Both the position numbers and the translations under genes were made by a program. A DNA stretch of 64,000 nt, from contig CM035353.1 in assembly GCA_020137815.1 (NCBI GenBank), positions 8,894,455 through 8,958,454 of the forward strand. The letters run 5' to 3'. Under the pieces are notes generated by a model, which was not told the DNA's origin, searched no databases, and saw only the letters and a program-made list of their open reading frames with translations. This stretch comes from Hormiphora californensis (Eukaryota > Animalia > Ctenophora). Below, one piece after another: positions 1 through 12,790 of this stretch (within the stretch, counting starts at the first letter, position 1; every line of letters starts with the position of its first letter).

Positions 1-263
1 CCAGTCGAATATAGAAATCTCCGAATCGGCTACATAGCGGCCAAGTTTTCACGTTATGAATTTCTGGAACAGCACTGCACCTCCAGGACGTTGATCTCTT
101 AAATTCGCACCTTGACATTGTCAGGAAGCCCAGAGCGTACAACAACATGGGTAGGGAGAAAGTGAGAGATATGCTAGGAACGGATGGTGCAGGTGATGTC
201 AGCGTTCCCTAATCCAGCTACCATTTCCCCGAAATTCGCCCGTAGGGCGAACGGGCCTACTAG
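1..263 (+). mobile_element. Non-autonomous Helitron family A, 3' part (cut by window start)
   Basis: Near-identical to 46731-46993. Ends in hairpin TTCGCCC-GTA-GGGCGAA, then CTAG (260-263) followed by T. Confidence 0.8.
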
Positions 264-319
264 TTTAATTAATTTGAAAAGTCCAATTTAATTGCTTTAT
301 CTGTTTCTCTGTAATCAGC

Positions 320-1125
320 ACTTAAAAAGTGTGGATAACAAATCGTGTGGATAACGGGCTCAACCTCACGATGATCGTGCTAGCAATATGAAATTTTAGT
401 ATACACAAGAATGGGTACTCACAATATGAATTAGCTTGGTTTTGTCAACTTTTTACTCAACTTGTGTGGATAACATCAGTTTCAATCATAAATCGTTACT
501 CAACCGTATGAAAAAGAGTACATTTGGTATTCATTTCGGGTTTATTGGCTAGGGCTAACATTTTTCTTCGAAAATAAGCTTTCACTTTAACAAAAGGATA
601 ACTCAACCGGCGTGGATAACTATTTTTGTATCCTTTGGTCTACATTTAACATTTCGATTCTCAATTATCCACATCGATTGAGTAAGTTATATGACCAGGA
701 AATTGCAGTTAGAGACCGTCCTCAACCAACAGGACAGTTTCTGAGCATTAGTTAACTCAACCTGTGTGGATAACGTCTCTTTACTACAAGGGCAAATATA
801 GAGGATTTTAGCGGGAAAAAGGAAGTTATCCACACTAGTTGAGTATCGAATTGGAGCTAATCCAGCGTGTCCTTCGAATAGGTATGGATTAGGAACATTT
901 TGCAAGTTGAGTAACCAAAATTGTGGATGATTTACGCACCGTCAAGTTTGGGAGGCTGTGTATCCACCATGGTTGAGTAAAATTCACTCAACCGTATGTG
1001 ACTGAGGTTCCCAGAACAATTACCATTGCAATTATCCACAAAATGGAGGCATAGCTACAAAGATTACTCAACCAGGTGGATATTCATAAAACTTGTGTTT
1101 TTATCCACACCGGTTGAGCAATCGA
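320..1125. repeat. Region saturated with TTATCCACA/TGTGGATAA and ACTCAAC motifs (probable degenerate MITE interior)
   Basis: Eight perfect TTATCCACA copies on both strands (330, 346, 465, 665, 765, 826, 1032, 1101), often next to ACTCAAC/GTTGAGT. Termini not resolved. Confidence 0.6.
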
Positions 1126-1557
1126 TTCAATTATTTAAAATTAATATAATTTAAACATATTTTGACATGCTTACAAAATTTTAAGTGTCTAGAAGGTGTC
1201 TAAGTGGTATAAAAATTAGTTTCAATAATTTTGGTCGATTTTTCGAACCCCAAAAAATCGAAATTTCAGCAGACTTTTTGACCGTGACCATATCCATCTG
1301 GTCCGGTATGACAAGCGCTATCACATGATGGTAACCACGAAAATGGTCCACCACCCAGGACGGGGAACGGGAGCCCCATGGCACCCACCCCTTACTCCCA
1401 TTCCCCGTCATGGGTGGTGGTTCGTCTGTCAGTATACTCTATCTGACGACAGGGAAAAAGTTTGGCCCAGAGCAAACCGACTCTGAAACTTAAAAACGCT
1501 AAAAACACTAAACAGAGCTTAAACAAAATAAGGACGGCGTGTGGTGAATCCTGTTAA

Positions 1558-1613
1558 CCCATATGTACATTGTTCAACCTACCTTTACTCTGCAGGCCCT
1601 CCGGGCCCTCAGA
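1558..1613 (+). repeat. Short fragment homologous to the 3' UTR of the R4/Dong element
   Basis: CCCATATGTACATTGTTC..ACCTACCTTTACTCYGCAGGCCCTCCGGGCCCTCAGAT matches about 33606-33686. Confidence 0.7.
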
Positions 1614-2204
1614 TGGTTGAGGCGGTATTAGTTTTTAAAATAAATGAAACCGATTCTGTTACCCCTAACTGGGACATTGCGGTAGTAAGGCACGTTTTAG
1701 CGTGCCCGCAAGGTAGGGGTAATTGCCCCAAATGATAATTTAAATATAATATAACATTTTGACATCAATCAATCAATCAAAGAACCTCTCATGGAGGGGT
1801 CGCCGCTTTTAAGTTTTATGGGCAGTTATATAAAATTATGTAGTACATAATTATATTGTCACGCTATGAATACAAATAAACATTATATGGATTTGAATGG
1901 GATTAGGTGGAATTTAGTACGGATCGTGTGGTTGACATTGAAATATATCTATCTATGGGAGACCGGAGGTAGAGAGAGAGAGGGGATTGGAGATCACATT
2001 TCATTTGGCTAGAGATACTAGAGAATTAGTGTCTCCCCACGCGTCAGCGTCTTAGTTTAGGTCTAGGTTGGGGAGAGATTGAATTTCGAGGAGTAATTTT
2101 GTGACGTTTCTTTTGAATGGGTCAAAGAATTTGTTACTTAACTTAGTTTGTTTTGCAATGTCATTGTTGCTATTCTTCGACGCGAGTTGGATTATTTTAT
2201 TGTA

Positions 2205-3280
2205 GTAATCAACTTCGGTGGAACAGAAATCTTCCCTAGTGAATGTAGTGGAACAGATGGTAAAACACTAGGAATTCTCTTGGATCACAATCTAAATCTT
2301 GAACGACAGGTTAATAATGCGAGGAAACAGTGTGGACTGATATTACGGAATCTCTGGCAATTACACAGGTGTTTTGATGTTACAACAAAGATCATGTTGG
2401 TGAACCAGTTGATCATTTCTAGAATTGATTACAGCAATATTCTGTATTGTGGACTTCCTGGCCGAGTTCTCAGCGGGCTCCAGAAACTTCTCAATGCCTG
2501 TGTTCGTTTTGTATTTAACCTCCATGGACACCAGGACAACTATATAATGGAGTATTTCAGGCAGTGTCATATTTTACCGATCTCCTACAGGCTGGACTTC
2601 AAAGCATGTTTGATTGCCTATAAAATAGTCAATGGAACAGCCCCGTGTTATCTCCAGGATTTGGTGCCACGTGATGAGACTTGGGGAACCTCCAGGACTA
2701 CGAGAATGACTAATGTTCCGGATCCCTATAATAGGTTAAAACATCCAAAGATGACCAGTATTAATGCCAACTCTAAGTTGAGACGTAGGAGGTTATCAGT
2801 ATTCCTGCCTTCTGTCTGGAATGAGCTTCCCCTTGAGCTCAGGTCAATCCCCAATGTGGAAACCTTCAAAACCCGGCTGAAAACACATCTCTTCGTTGGT
2901 GCATTTGGAGTGGGTGATGGGGAACCCATGGCTGAGTTGTAATGTTTGTTGTAGTTGTGGGGCCTGCGGGCAATCAGTGTCATCCTCTCTCTAGCCATGT
3001 TACTAATTCACTACCTAGTATCCTTTTTCCGAGCAGGTGTAAGTAAAGTGTGTTTTGAATTTATATCTACAGGTTTATGGGACCAGTTATTCCTTCAGTT
3101 TTATAAGTCCAGTTAATTTAGTCTTACAATATATTGTTCTTTTTTCAACCAGAGTGTTCGTGTGTGTCATATATATATAGAATATACCGCTCTGATGACT
3201 CGTCGGAGCATCGCCAATATTTTGACATGTTTCCGTCGGGTATGGGCGGTATACAAGCGCGGAATATTATTATTATTATT
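2205..3280 (+). mobile_element. 5'-truncated CR1/L2-group LINE (RT C-terminal fragment, ORF ends 2942, 3' UTR with (ATT)n tail)
   Basis: Motifs LGILLD, SRIDYSN..Y.GLP, LQKLLNACVR, HILPI, WNELP.ELR, FKTRLKTHLF. (ATT)n at about 3265-3280. The 5' boundary is approximate. Confidence 0.8.
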
Positions 3281-3651
3281 AGAGTCTGGGGCCCACGCCC
3301 AAAATAGCGAAAAACGAAAACATTTGACTGCTCCTGCCGTGTGCTGTGACAGGTGGGGAGTAGGATACTTTGTTGGAATAGGGTAGTGATTTGCGTTGGT
3401 GCAACTCCTAGTCTGACCTTTTGCAATATCCCTACAATGTTTTTTGAGATCAGATTGGGAAGGGCTAGGAGAGAGAGTTTTCTAAAAATGGGTTTGGTGT
3501 GAGTGGGAATCTTATTATTGGATGGATTAAAAAAGAAATTTACGTGGTCGGGGCTAATTGCCCGTAAGGCCTTTTTTTGTGCCGAGAATAGATTAGAGAG
3601 GCGGGAACATATTTTGAGGTCCCGAGACTAAAGCAAAGCAAGGTGACTATG

Positions 3652-3899
3652 CACGCCCTCTGTACAACAGTTTTAATGGGGAATCTCACACATACACGGG
3701 CAGAACTCGGTTAAGGAGAGATTAATTAGTATTCTGAATAATGAGTTCAGAGCAAGAATTAAATAGGGAAGAAAATCGAAAAATACTGGGTTTGACCGGG
3801 AATTGAACCAGGGACCCCCAGAGAGACATGCTCGGAGCTATAAACCACTAAGCTACCAAACCCAATGTACTGATCGCATTTCATCGCTCTATATCGCTC
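3652..3899 (-). repeat. Dispersed repeat containing a tRNA-like module
   Basis: Reverse complement of 57150-57375. Has an A box (TAGCTTAGTGG) and a B box (GGTTCAATTCC). Confidence 0.7.
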
Positions 3900-3909
3900 A
3901 TGCCCTTAA

Positions 3910-4589
3910 GGCCAGAGGGGGGGGGGGGGGTCGACGGATCTAAAAAGTCACTTTTGAGGTTTGGTCGGGCTCGAAGAGCCGGACCAGATGGAATAGTTGG
4001 AATCGTTTTAGCGCGCACTGTTAAGGAGAAATTTGAGGTTAACTTTTGCCCCAAATTCGAAGTTAACCTCAATAAATCACACGAGGGATGATCCAACCAA
4101 TTAAAACTAACAAAATGTTAACCTCAATAACTTCGGAACAAAGGCCTAAATCAAAAATCGCTACATCAGATTTCAGCACAAACATCTCAGGATCATGCCT
4201 GCCAAGTTTCAAGGCCCAACTCCTAGCCGTCTCTGAATGAATGGAAGGGAAGTAGGGAAAATTGGGAAAAAATTGTTCTGAGATATTGACCAAAAGGCAA
4301 CTTTTCGGGAAATATGTTAACCTCCAATATTTTGTGAACCGCTAGGGTTAGCACGATGAAACTTTGCAGTCACGCTCTCCTTGGTGAGATCTAACTTTTT
4401 GAACCGTTTCTACTGTCTCAAGTCATCCCTCCTGTGATTTATTGAGGTTAACTTCGATTTTGGGGCAAAAGTTAACCTCAAATTTCTCCTTAACGGTGCG
4501 CGCTAAAACGATTTCAACTATTCCATCTGGACCAAACCTCAAAAGTGACTTTTTAGACCCGTCGACCCCCCCCCCCCCCCCCTCTGGCC
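3910..4589. mobile_element. TTAA-flanked foldback MITE (Kolobok-like)
   Basis: TTAA|GGCCAGAGGGG...CCCCTCTGGCC|TTAA with long imperfect TIRs of more than 150 bp. Confidence 0.75.
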
Positions 4590-4610
4590 TTAACTAGACA
4601 CCATGTGATA

Positions 4611-4850
4611 AAGGGAAGTAATTTTGATATCTCCTTCTGGTGATCAACACACACACACGCCCTCTGTACAACAGTTTTAATGGGGAATCTCACACATACA
4701 CGGGCAGAACTCGGTTAAGGAGAGATTAATTAGTATTCTGAATAATGAGTTCGGAGCAAGAATTAAATAGGGAAGAAAATCGAAAAATACTGGGTTTGAC
4801 CGGGAATTGAATTAAACAGGGACCTCCAGAGAGACATGCTCGGAGCTATA
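4611..4850 (-). repeat. Partial copy of the tRNA-like dispersed repeat
   Basis: Matches 3652-3841 and the reverse complement of 57195-57420. Confidence 0.7.
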
Positions 4851-4895
4851 TATATATTAATATGTCCGATATTTAACTGGATGTTTCATTTTCAG

Positions 4896-5030
4896 CCTTT
4901 GGTCAAACATGAAGAAATGACCGAGTATCCAAGTTTACAAAAACAACAACAACAACATCATTTTGCAAAGACGATTGCCAGTTTAATGGATTCTCCCTCT
5001 TTGCTTGCTCAGTTTAAAGAAATCCTCCAG
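4896..5030 (+). CDS. Exon of PHF21-like gene (PLVKHEEM...KEILQ), phase 0-0
   Basis: ttttcag acceptor, gtaaga donor, 135 bp open. Phase is compatible with exon 12071. Confidence 0.7.
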
Positions 5031-5189
5031 GTAAGAAAATAACCTTTTTGATTTACATAGTAGATCTCCTTGATACCAAATTAGTTTTGTGGCCCTTCCT
5101 GGGGGATGATTTTTTATGAATACATAGATCCGTCAGGAGGTACACTATAGTATAGTATAGTATATCATATATATATATAGTATAGTATG

Positions 5190-6176
5190 TCTTACTTACT
5201 TTTGACTTAAGGCGGGTGGAATTCCCGAACGCCTTGAACAAGTTTTCTCCACGCATCACGTTCCTCCATAACTGAAGCTATCTCCTTCACATCTCCCAGA
5301 CCCGTATCTTGCCGTAGAACATCCACAAAGGTTTTCGAGGGCCTGCCACGTTTACATTGACCGTGAGTAGGCTCCCAAAGGAGGACTTTGTGGAGTGTCA
5401 GCTCTGAGTGCCGTTGTGCATGTCCGGCAAGTCGTAGTCTTCGTTCCGCTATTTTAGTGCTGAGAATGGGTAACCCTCCAATACCATACAACGTGCCATT
5501 AGTCATGCGGAGTTGCCACTGGTTCTTGTTAAGTGCCATTCTCAACATACGAGTATAAGCTCCATTCAAACTCTTCTCCATTTGTTTGGTTAGGGTCCAG
5601 GTCTCACATCCGTATAGGAGAACGGTTTCGACAGTAGCAACGAATAACCTACACTTGAGTTCGTCTTTAAGATCTGAGTTCCAGACTTTCTTCAAGCCGT
5701 GGCAGGCAACCCATGCCTTACTCTTCCGGTTCTTGATGTCTTTGTTCGAATCTCTGATCCACGAACCGAGGTATTTGAAGTCATCGGTTGTTTTGATGGT
5801 GTGTCCGTCACAGGTAAGAAGCGGCTCTGGATCTGGGATGTTCTCCACTATGAGCTCCGTTTTGTTCTGGTTAATAGCCAGACCAACCTCCTTACATACC
5901 GTTTCAACCTCACGAAGTAAAACCCCTAACTCCTCAACCGAGTTTGCCAGCAGGGCCACGTCGTCCGCGAAGCCAGTGTCAGTAACTCTGGATGCCCCAA
6001 CTCTCCTACTCCTAGCAGGTCTCAGAGTGAAACCGATCTCCGGGTGTCTACTGAGTGCTATCCGTAAGCAGTAGTCCAGCACTATGATAAAGAGATACGG
6101 GGCTAGTGTGTCGCCTTGTAAGACACCAGCCACGATCTCAAATATAGCAGTAACGCCGTCAGCTGTAATAACTTTG
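5190..6176 (-). mobile_element. 5'-truncated RTE-clade LINE (RT C-terminal part)
   Basis: GVLQGDTLAPYLF, FADD, FKYLGS, LLYGCETW, RGRP motifs. Stop at 5207 followed by an (AGTA)n-like tail. The first ~25 aa of ORF 5207..6250 come from the adjacent inserted element. Confidence 0.85.
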
Positions 6177-9100
6177 GGTAGTATGGTAGTTAAGGTCGTG
6201 CGCACTTTTTGGCGCCATTTGGCGCCAAATTGGCGCCATTTTGGCGCCACGTGGCGCCACGTGGCGATATTTTAGCGCCAAATGGCGCCAAAATTTGGCG
6301 ACTGCGCACAACCGCCAATTTGGCGCCAAAATGGCGCCAAGTTGGGTAGTCCCGCCATGGCGGTAGTCAATCGCCACATGGCGGTTGCAATCGCCATGTG
6401 GCGGTCGGGAGTGGCGCCATACCACGGAAGTGGCGCCATACATGCTCTGGCGGTACTTAGATGGCGGTGGAGTTTGGCGCCAGTTGTTGAATTTGGCGCT
6501 AACTTGTGGCGCCAACAAAAAAACCGATTTCTGGAGTGGCGCCACACCACTGGAGTGGCGCCACATAAAAAAGTGGCGCCACTCAAAATATTTTGTAACG
6601 CCAACATATGGCACTGTTTGACTACCGCCACCGCCATCCTTATTGGCGCTAACGTATACTGGATGGCGCCAACATTTATGTGGCGCCACTCTTGTATGGC
6701 GCCATAAATGTTTGGTATCGAAGACACCTCACACTCAGGCCGCATCGCGGCCTTCGTTTGGTGCGCTTTGCGCGCCGGCAAGGGAGGGGTAACTTCGTTA
6801 CCAACATAAATGTGGGCTTTTTACCGTTTTTTGCTAATTTTGAGCACCTTTAAAGCCAAACAACGGCTAAACGGTTGAAGATGGAGCTTAAAAGTCCGAC
6901 GTCGACCCCCCATAACTTGGCCATTGCCTACAAAATTGCACCAATGAAAAGTCTCTAAACAATTCCTACGTGGCTATGGAGGCGCATTGTCGCATTGTGC
7001 GCGTCTCAACACATAGTGTCTCACCTCCATAGCCATATAATAGCCTTAAACGGTTATGTTTAAACCTAATTATCCAATTATCTAATTAACCGGATGAGAT
7101 AGAGACTTAATTTCAGCACCTACCCCCACTAATTCGAGAACGCTGAACATTTCAGTGCCCCCGGTTGTGTCTCTACTCCTTTCCTAACATGGCTATATAT
7201 AGCCATATGGCCAGCAAACGGCTATGTACAGGTCTAATTATCCAATTATCCAATTAACCAGATGAGATAAAGACTTTATTCTGGCACCTACCCCCACTAA
7301 TGCGAGGACACTGAACACTTTGGTGCCCTTAATTTTATCTCTACTCCTTTCCTAAGGGTAGATACAGCGTTTTTCTCCTTATGCTCAATTACCAATCAAT
7401 TGGGCTCGGCAATGTCCATATGGCGCCACATGATCATGTGGCCCCATTATCATGTGGCGCCATTAATGTGGCGCTAATGTGTGGCGCCGTTTGACTACCG
7501 CCACGACAACGGTTGACGCCACACACATACCACTTGCATACCGCCAGAGTTTTTAAAATGTGGCGCCACTCCAGTGGTGTGGCGCCACTCCAGAAATCGG
7601 TTTTTTTGTTAGCGCCATAAGTTGGCGCCATATTCAACAAATGGCGCCACACGCCACCGCCATCCAAGTACCGCCAGAGCATGTATGGCGCCACTCCCGT
7701 GGTGTGGCGCCACTCCCAACCGCCATATGGCGTGTTTGGCGCCAAAATTTTGCCATGTGGCGATTGACTACCGCCATGGCGGGACTACCCAATTTGGCGC
7801 CAATTTGGCGCTAAGTTGGCGATTTGTATCTAATCGCCAATTTAGCGCCAAATTGGCGCCACTTGGCGCCATTTGGCGCCACTTGGCGATAGGAATTCCT
7901 CTGATGGACGTTATGAATATTTGGAATTTTAGGTACTATCGCCAATTTGGCGCCAATTTGGCGCCACTTGGCGATGGACACAGTTTATTCAGACAAATTC
8001 GCATCGCCACGTGGCGGTACCGCCAAATACCGCCAACACTTGGCGATTTACAATCGCCACGTGGCGCCACTTGGCGCCAAAAAATCGCCAACTTGGGGTA
8101 GTCCCGCCATGGCGGTAGTCAATCGCCACATGGCGGTTGCAATCGCCATGTGGCGGTCGGGAGTGGCGCCATACCACGGAAGTGGCGCCATACATGCTCT
8201 GGCGGTACTTAGATGGCGGTGGAGTTTGGCGCCAGTTGTTGAATTTGGCGCTAACTTGTGGCGCCAACAAAAAAACCGATTTCTGGAGTGGCGCCACACC
8301 ACTGGAGTGGCGCCACATAAAAAAGTGGCGCCACTCAAAATATTTTGTAACGCCAACATATGGCACTGTTTGACTACCGCCACCGCCATCCTTATTGGCG
8401 CTAACGTATACTGGATGGCGCCAACATTTATGTGGCGCCACTCTTGTATGGCGCCATAAATGTGGGCTTTTTACCGTTTTTTGCTAATTTTGAGCACCTT
8501 TAAAGCCAAATAACGGCTAAACGGTTGAAGATGGAGCTTAAAAGTCACATAGTGTCTCACCTCCATAGCCATATAATAGCCTTAAACGGTTATGTTTAAT
8601 TCTAATTATCCAATTATCTAATTAACCGGATGAGATAGAGACTTAATTTCAGCACCTACCCCCACTAACTCGAGAACGCTGAACATTTCAGTGCCCGCGG
8701 TTGTGTCTCTACTCCTTTCCTAACATGGCTATATATATAGCCATATGGGCAGCAAACGGCTATGTGCAGGTCTAATTATCCAATTATCTAATTAACCAGA
8801 TGAGATAAAGACTTTATTCTGGCACTTACCCCCACTAATGCGAGGACACTGAACACTTTGGTGCCCTTAATTTTATCTCTACTCCTTTCCTAAGGGTAGA
8901 TACAGCGTTTTTCTCCTTATGCTCAATTACCAATCAATTAGGGGCTAATTACACACCTTCCCCCAAATAATTGAGACTGACATTTTGGTTTTTTATGTTC
9001 AGGGGGCCTATACCTAGAATTTACAACCGGAATTGGCTTGCCGCTAGTGAGTTCTATGTCGAAACACGTTTTGACAGGCTTATGTAGGTGACACAGACAA

Positions 9101-9665
9101 CTTCAAAAAATGCGCTCACGGAAGGGCTCATTCTCGGCAATGTCCATATGGCGCCACATGATCATGTGGCGCCATTATCATGTGGCGCCATTAATGTGGC
9201 GCTAATGTGTGACGCCGTTTGACTACCGCCACGACAACGGTTGGCGCCACACACATACCACTTGCATACCGCCAGAGTTTTTAAAATGTGGCGCCACTCC
9301 AGTGGTGTGGCGCCACTCCAGAAATCGGTTTTTTTTGTTAGCGCCATAAGTTGGCGCCATATTCAACAAATGGCGCCACACGCCACCGCCATCCAAGTAC
9401 CGCCAGAGCATGTATGGCGCCACTCCCGTGGTGTGGCGCCACTCCCGACCGCCATATGGCGTGTTTGGCGCCAAAATTTTGCTATGTGGCGATTGACTAC
9501 CGCCATGGCGGGACTACCCAACTTGGCGCCATTTTGGCGCCAAATTGGCGGTTGTGCGCAGTCGCCAAATTTTGGCGCTAAAATATCGCCACGTGGCGCC
9601 ACGTGGCGCCAATTTGGCGCCAAATGGCGCCAAAAAGTGCGCACGACCTTAACTACCATACTACC
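6177..9665. mobile_element. Non-autonomous Merlin-like foldback DNA transposon, GGCGCC-saturated, internally dimeric
   Basis: TIR GGTAGTATGGTAGTTAAGG / CCTTAACTACCATACTACC. 8-bp TSD TAACTTTG (6169-6176, 9666-9673). Arm-spacer-inverted arm structure occurs twice. Confidence 0.75.
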
Positions 9666-10043
9666 TAACTTTGTTCATATTGTTTTTCTTTGGTTGCGGT
9701 TACCCCGTCCGGATCACCACTCCGGGACGGCTGGATCTCTCTAGAGTTAGCCAGGACAACATATAATAGGAGTTGAACTGAAGGACTCTGAGTGCATAAT
9801 TTACCACTAGTTTGTTCCACTAAGCCTATAGAAGGCAGAGTGGTGCATGCTCAGTGGTTCACTACACACTTTAGCCCACGTTTGCCACCGTACATAAAAT
9901 ACAGCCAGTCTTTTTAGGACTCGTGGTTAACCACCCCTAGGTGTTCTGTCATTACTCAGCATCGGACCTATGTGCCTCTTCCCCTATGACATGCAACAAT
10001 CAATAAGGGGAAGATAAGAGGGACATAGTATGTATAGTATATA

Positions 10044-10249
10044 GAAAATGACTAAGGCGGTTCGTTATGCGTGTTACCGGTAGTTTCAGGAGCATAGCAA
10101 GCAGGAAACGCCAGTTACAAGCGATTCCATGCTTCTACTGTGTGCAGTCGGGTTGGTTTTAGTTGTTGGGACACATTAGGCCGACCAAATTTGCAAGAAT
10201 AGCAGGAAAAATTGTGCGGCGGGTACCTTGAACCGCCTTAGTCATTTTC
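10044..10249. mobile_element. Small MITE
   Basis: 20-bp TIR GAAAATGACTAAGGCGGTTC / GAACCGCCTTAGTCATTTTC. Confidence 0.55.
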
Positions 10250-10370
10250 CAAGGATTTTAGACTACCCCGAACACGCAGCCACGCTTATCTCAGTTTTTT
10301 CCTATCTGCACTTAAGACATTCTGCAAATAGCTGTCTCATTTTTGCTTTAGACATATGAGGGACCTGGTT

Positions 10371-11266
10371 CCATAATGGTATATGTGCAGATGGGGGGGG
10401 GGGGCGTCACCTTTATTTTTGCCCATAGCCCATAATCCCAGCGAATTTTGGTTTTACCCATATGGGCAAAAACGGGCAAAATGAAAATTTCAGTGTTTTT
10501 TGCCGTTATTTCAACTGTATAGCTTGATTTCAATTCTTTAAAATGAAAAAAAAACAGCCCTGATTTTGATAAAACTCGGTCAGAGTGGTCTAATTAGAAA
10601 ATAATTGTTTAGTGGTCAAATCGTAAATTTGGATTCTTTAGGTTTTAGGCTTTTAGTTTTTTAGTTCAGGGTTTCAGAAACTTTAGGTTTTAGGCTTTTA
10701 TTTTTTTAGTTTAGGGTTTTAGAAACGTCCTAGCACAATTTAAATACAAGCATCATACTCAGCGTGAAATCCTGTGTTCTGACAAGAGGTTCGCCCGGTA
10801 GCGCTAAAACAGTGCTCGTTTGGGTTTTTAGGGATAACTCCTGTACCTTACGTCATAGATAGGTTTATAGCCACTGTGATCGAAATAGAATTTCACGCCA
10901 AGTAAGATGCTTATGTTTATTTTGTTCTAGAACCCATGAAAGCCTAAAAACCTAAATAATCCTGAACTTAGGATTTGAGCACTAATTATTTTGACTTCTA
11001 ATAAGACACCAAAGACCATTCTGACCGAGTTTTATCAAAATCAGGGCTGTTCACTTTCACTTAAAAGAATTGAAATGAAGCTATATAGTTGAAAAAACGA
11101 CATATAACACTGAAAATGTCATTTTGCCCACGTTTGCCCACGTTTGCCAATTTTTGCCCAAAGTCCCACGATTTTTGAATATTCAGTTTTGCCCATATAT
11201 GGGCAAATATGGGCAAAAGAAAAGGTGACCCCCCCCCCCCCCCCCCGTGCAGATATACCAAAATGG
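10371..11266. mobile_element. Palindromic MITE interrupted at its centre
   Basis: 10371-10537 is an imperfect reverse complement of about 11066-11266. Confidence 0.6.
10542..11060. mobile_element. TTAA-flanked MITE, relative of 59221-60131
   Basis: TTAA at 10538-10541 and 11061-11064. TIR AACAGCCCTGATTTTGATAAAACTCGGTCAGA. Shares internal motifs with 59221-60131. Confidence 0.65.
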
Positions 11267-11411
11267 AGATACATAACAGTAGTATATATTATGCCAAAAA
11301 CTAACAGAAATTAGTTGGCTGGAAAGGTGACTAATTTTGTTGGCAAACTGACACCTTTGCCCTCTACGGGTTTCATCTTTATCTTTCCCTTTCTGATTTC
11401 TCTCTCTGTGG

Positions 11412-11598
11412 GTAGGGTAGCTGAGAGATGGAGTAGGCGAGGGGTAGGGTAGCTGAGAGATGGTGTAGATGAGGGGTAGGGTAGCTTAGAGATGGAGTAG
11501 ATGAGGGGTACGGTAGCTGAGAGATCGAGTACATGAGGGGTAGGGTAGCTGAGAGATGGGGTAGATCAAGAGTAGGCTAGCTGAGAGATGGAGTAGAT
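11412..11598. repeat. 30-bp minisatellite, about 6 copies
   Basis: Unit GGGGTAGGGTAGCTGAGAGATGGAGTAGATGA-like. Confidence 0.85.
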
Positions 11599-12070
11599 GC
11601 ATCTGGTTCCTGAGATATGGCCCCCTAAAGAGTTGGTGTCTCAAACTGCTGAATAGGGGTCACGCGAGGAGAATGGGCATCAGTTTGCGTGTACTGCTCC
11701 GTTTTTCATGGGACTTTTTGTGCTGTTGCACCTCCCCCGCGCCAATACAAGGGACTTTAACAAGGGGGAAGGCAAGAGTCTCAGCTATTGCATGGTATCC
11801 TTAAATTTTGTGCTAAATCTAAAATGACTGAGCAGCATGCTTGTTTATTAACCTTGGCGTGTTTGCTCGTATCGCAAGCACGCTCGCGACTAGCAAACAC
11901 GATATGCAGATCACACCCTGTTATAGAGTCATTTGACTACAAAGTTTGCTGAAAAAACCCGAAATTCCTCATCAAATAGCATTTTGCCCTACTGTGCACT
12001 GGTTTATAAATTGCGTCATAGCAGTGTTATGCTTGTCCCTTTACCGATAACCTTATATCTTTGTTACTAG

Positions 12071-12155
12071 GAACAGATCAAGGTGAAAGGAGGAAGCACA
12101 GATCATGTTAAGACTGCCATCTCTGCTATCTCAAGCTTAAAAAAGGATATTGCAG
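12071..12155 (+). CDS. Exon of PHF21-like gene (EQIKVKGG...KKDIA), phase 0-1
   Basis: ttactag acceptor, gttag donor, 85 bp. Phases are compatible on both sides. Confidence 0.65.
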
Positions 12156-12465
12156 GTTAGCTACTCATAATATAAGCACTGATCTGTTATTTTGCAATAA
12201 GATGGAGGAGTCAGCGGGGGAGGGGTCAAGATAAATGGTTCGGACGTATATTAAAAATTGCAGAATTGGCACCAGTGAAAAGTCTTTAAACCATTCCTAA
12301 TATAAGTGGCTATAGCCATCTAGCCAAATACGGTTATGTGCATATTTAATTATCCAATTATTTAATTAACCACATGAGATAGAGACTTAATTCCAGCACC
12401 TTCCCCCACTAATGCGAGGACGCTACACACTCTAATGCATCGATTTTTGCCTACTCGTCTCTTAA

Positions 12466-12631
12466 AGGTTGACAAGATACCTAAAACTTTTCGTATATCG
12501 TCTTATTTTGATTTATCATTAATTTTCAGCATTTTTTCAGAATTTTTTGTCGGCTAGAAAGAAATTCGAAATAGGGGGTCTACCGATATTGTCAGCACTG
12601 GTTTTACTGGGCATACTCACTGCGTCAACCT
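12466..12631. mobile_element. Small TTAA-flanked MITE
   Basis: TTAA|AGGTTGAC...GTCAACCT|TTAA. Confidence 0.5.
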
Positions 12632-12790
12632 TTAAACTTTAAAGTGAGAGTGGACCGGATCAGAATTGGACAAGTTTATTGTAGGTATTAGAGATTAACT
12701 TTCTGAGCATTTTGCATTTTTGCCGCTCAAAATCGACCCACCCATCACTGAGATATCTTAGTTATGTTGGGAAAATTCCTGCTGGATCAA

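Noticed and set aside
3190-3215. CTGATGA hammerhead core in a LINE 3' UTR
   Set aside because: There is no GAAA after the putative stem II.
6159-9744. Many overlapping ORFs rich in WRH/MAP/GAT
   Set aside because: They are translations of the GGCGCC-saturated foldback element and have no domain signature.
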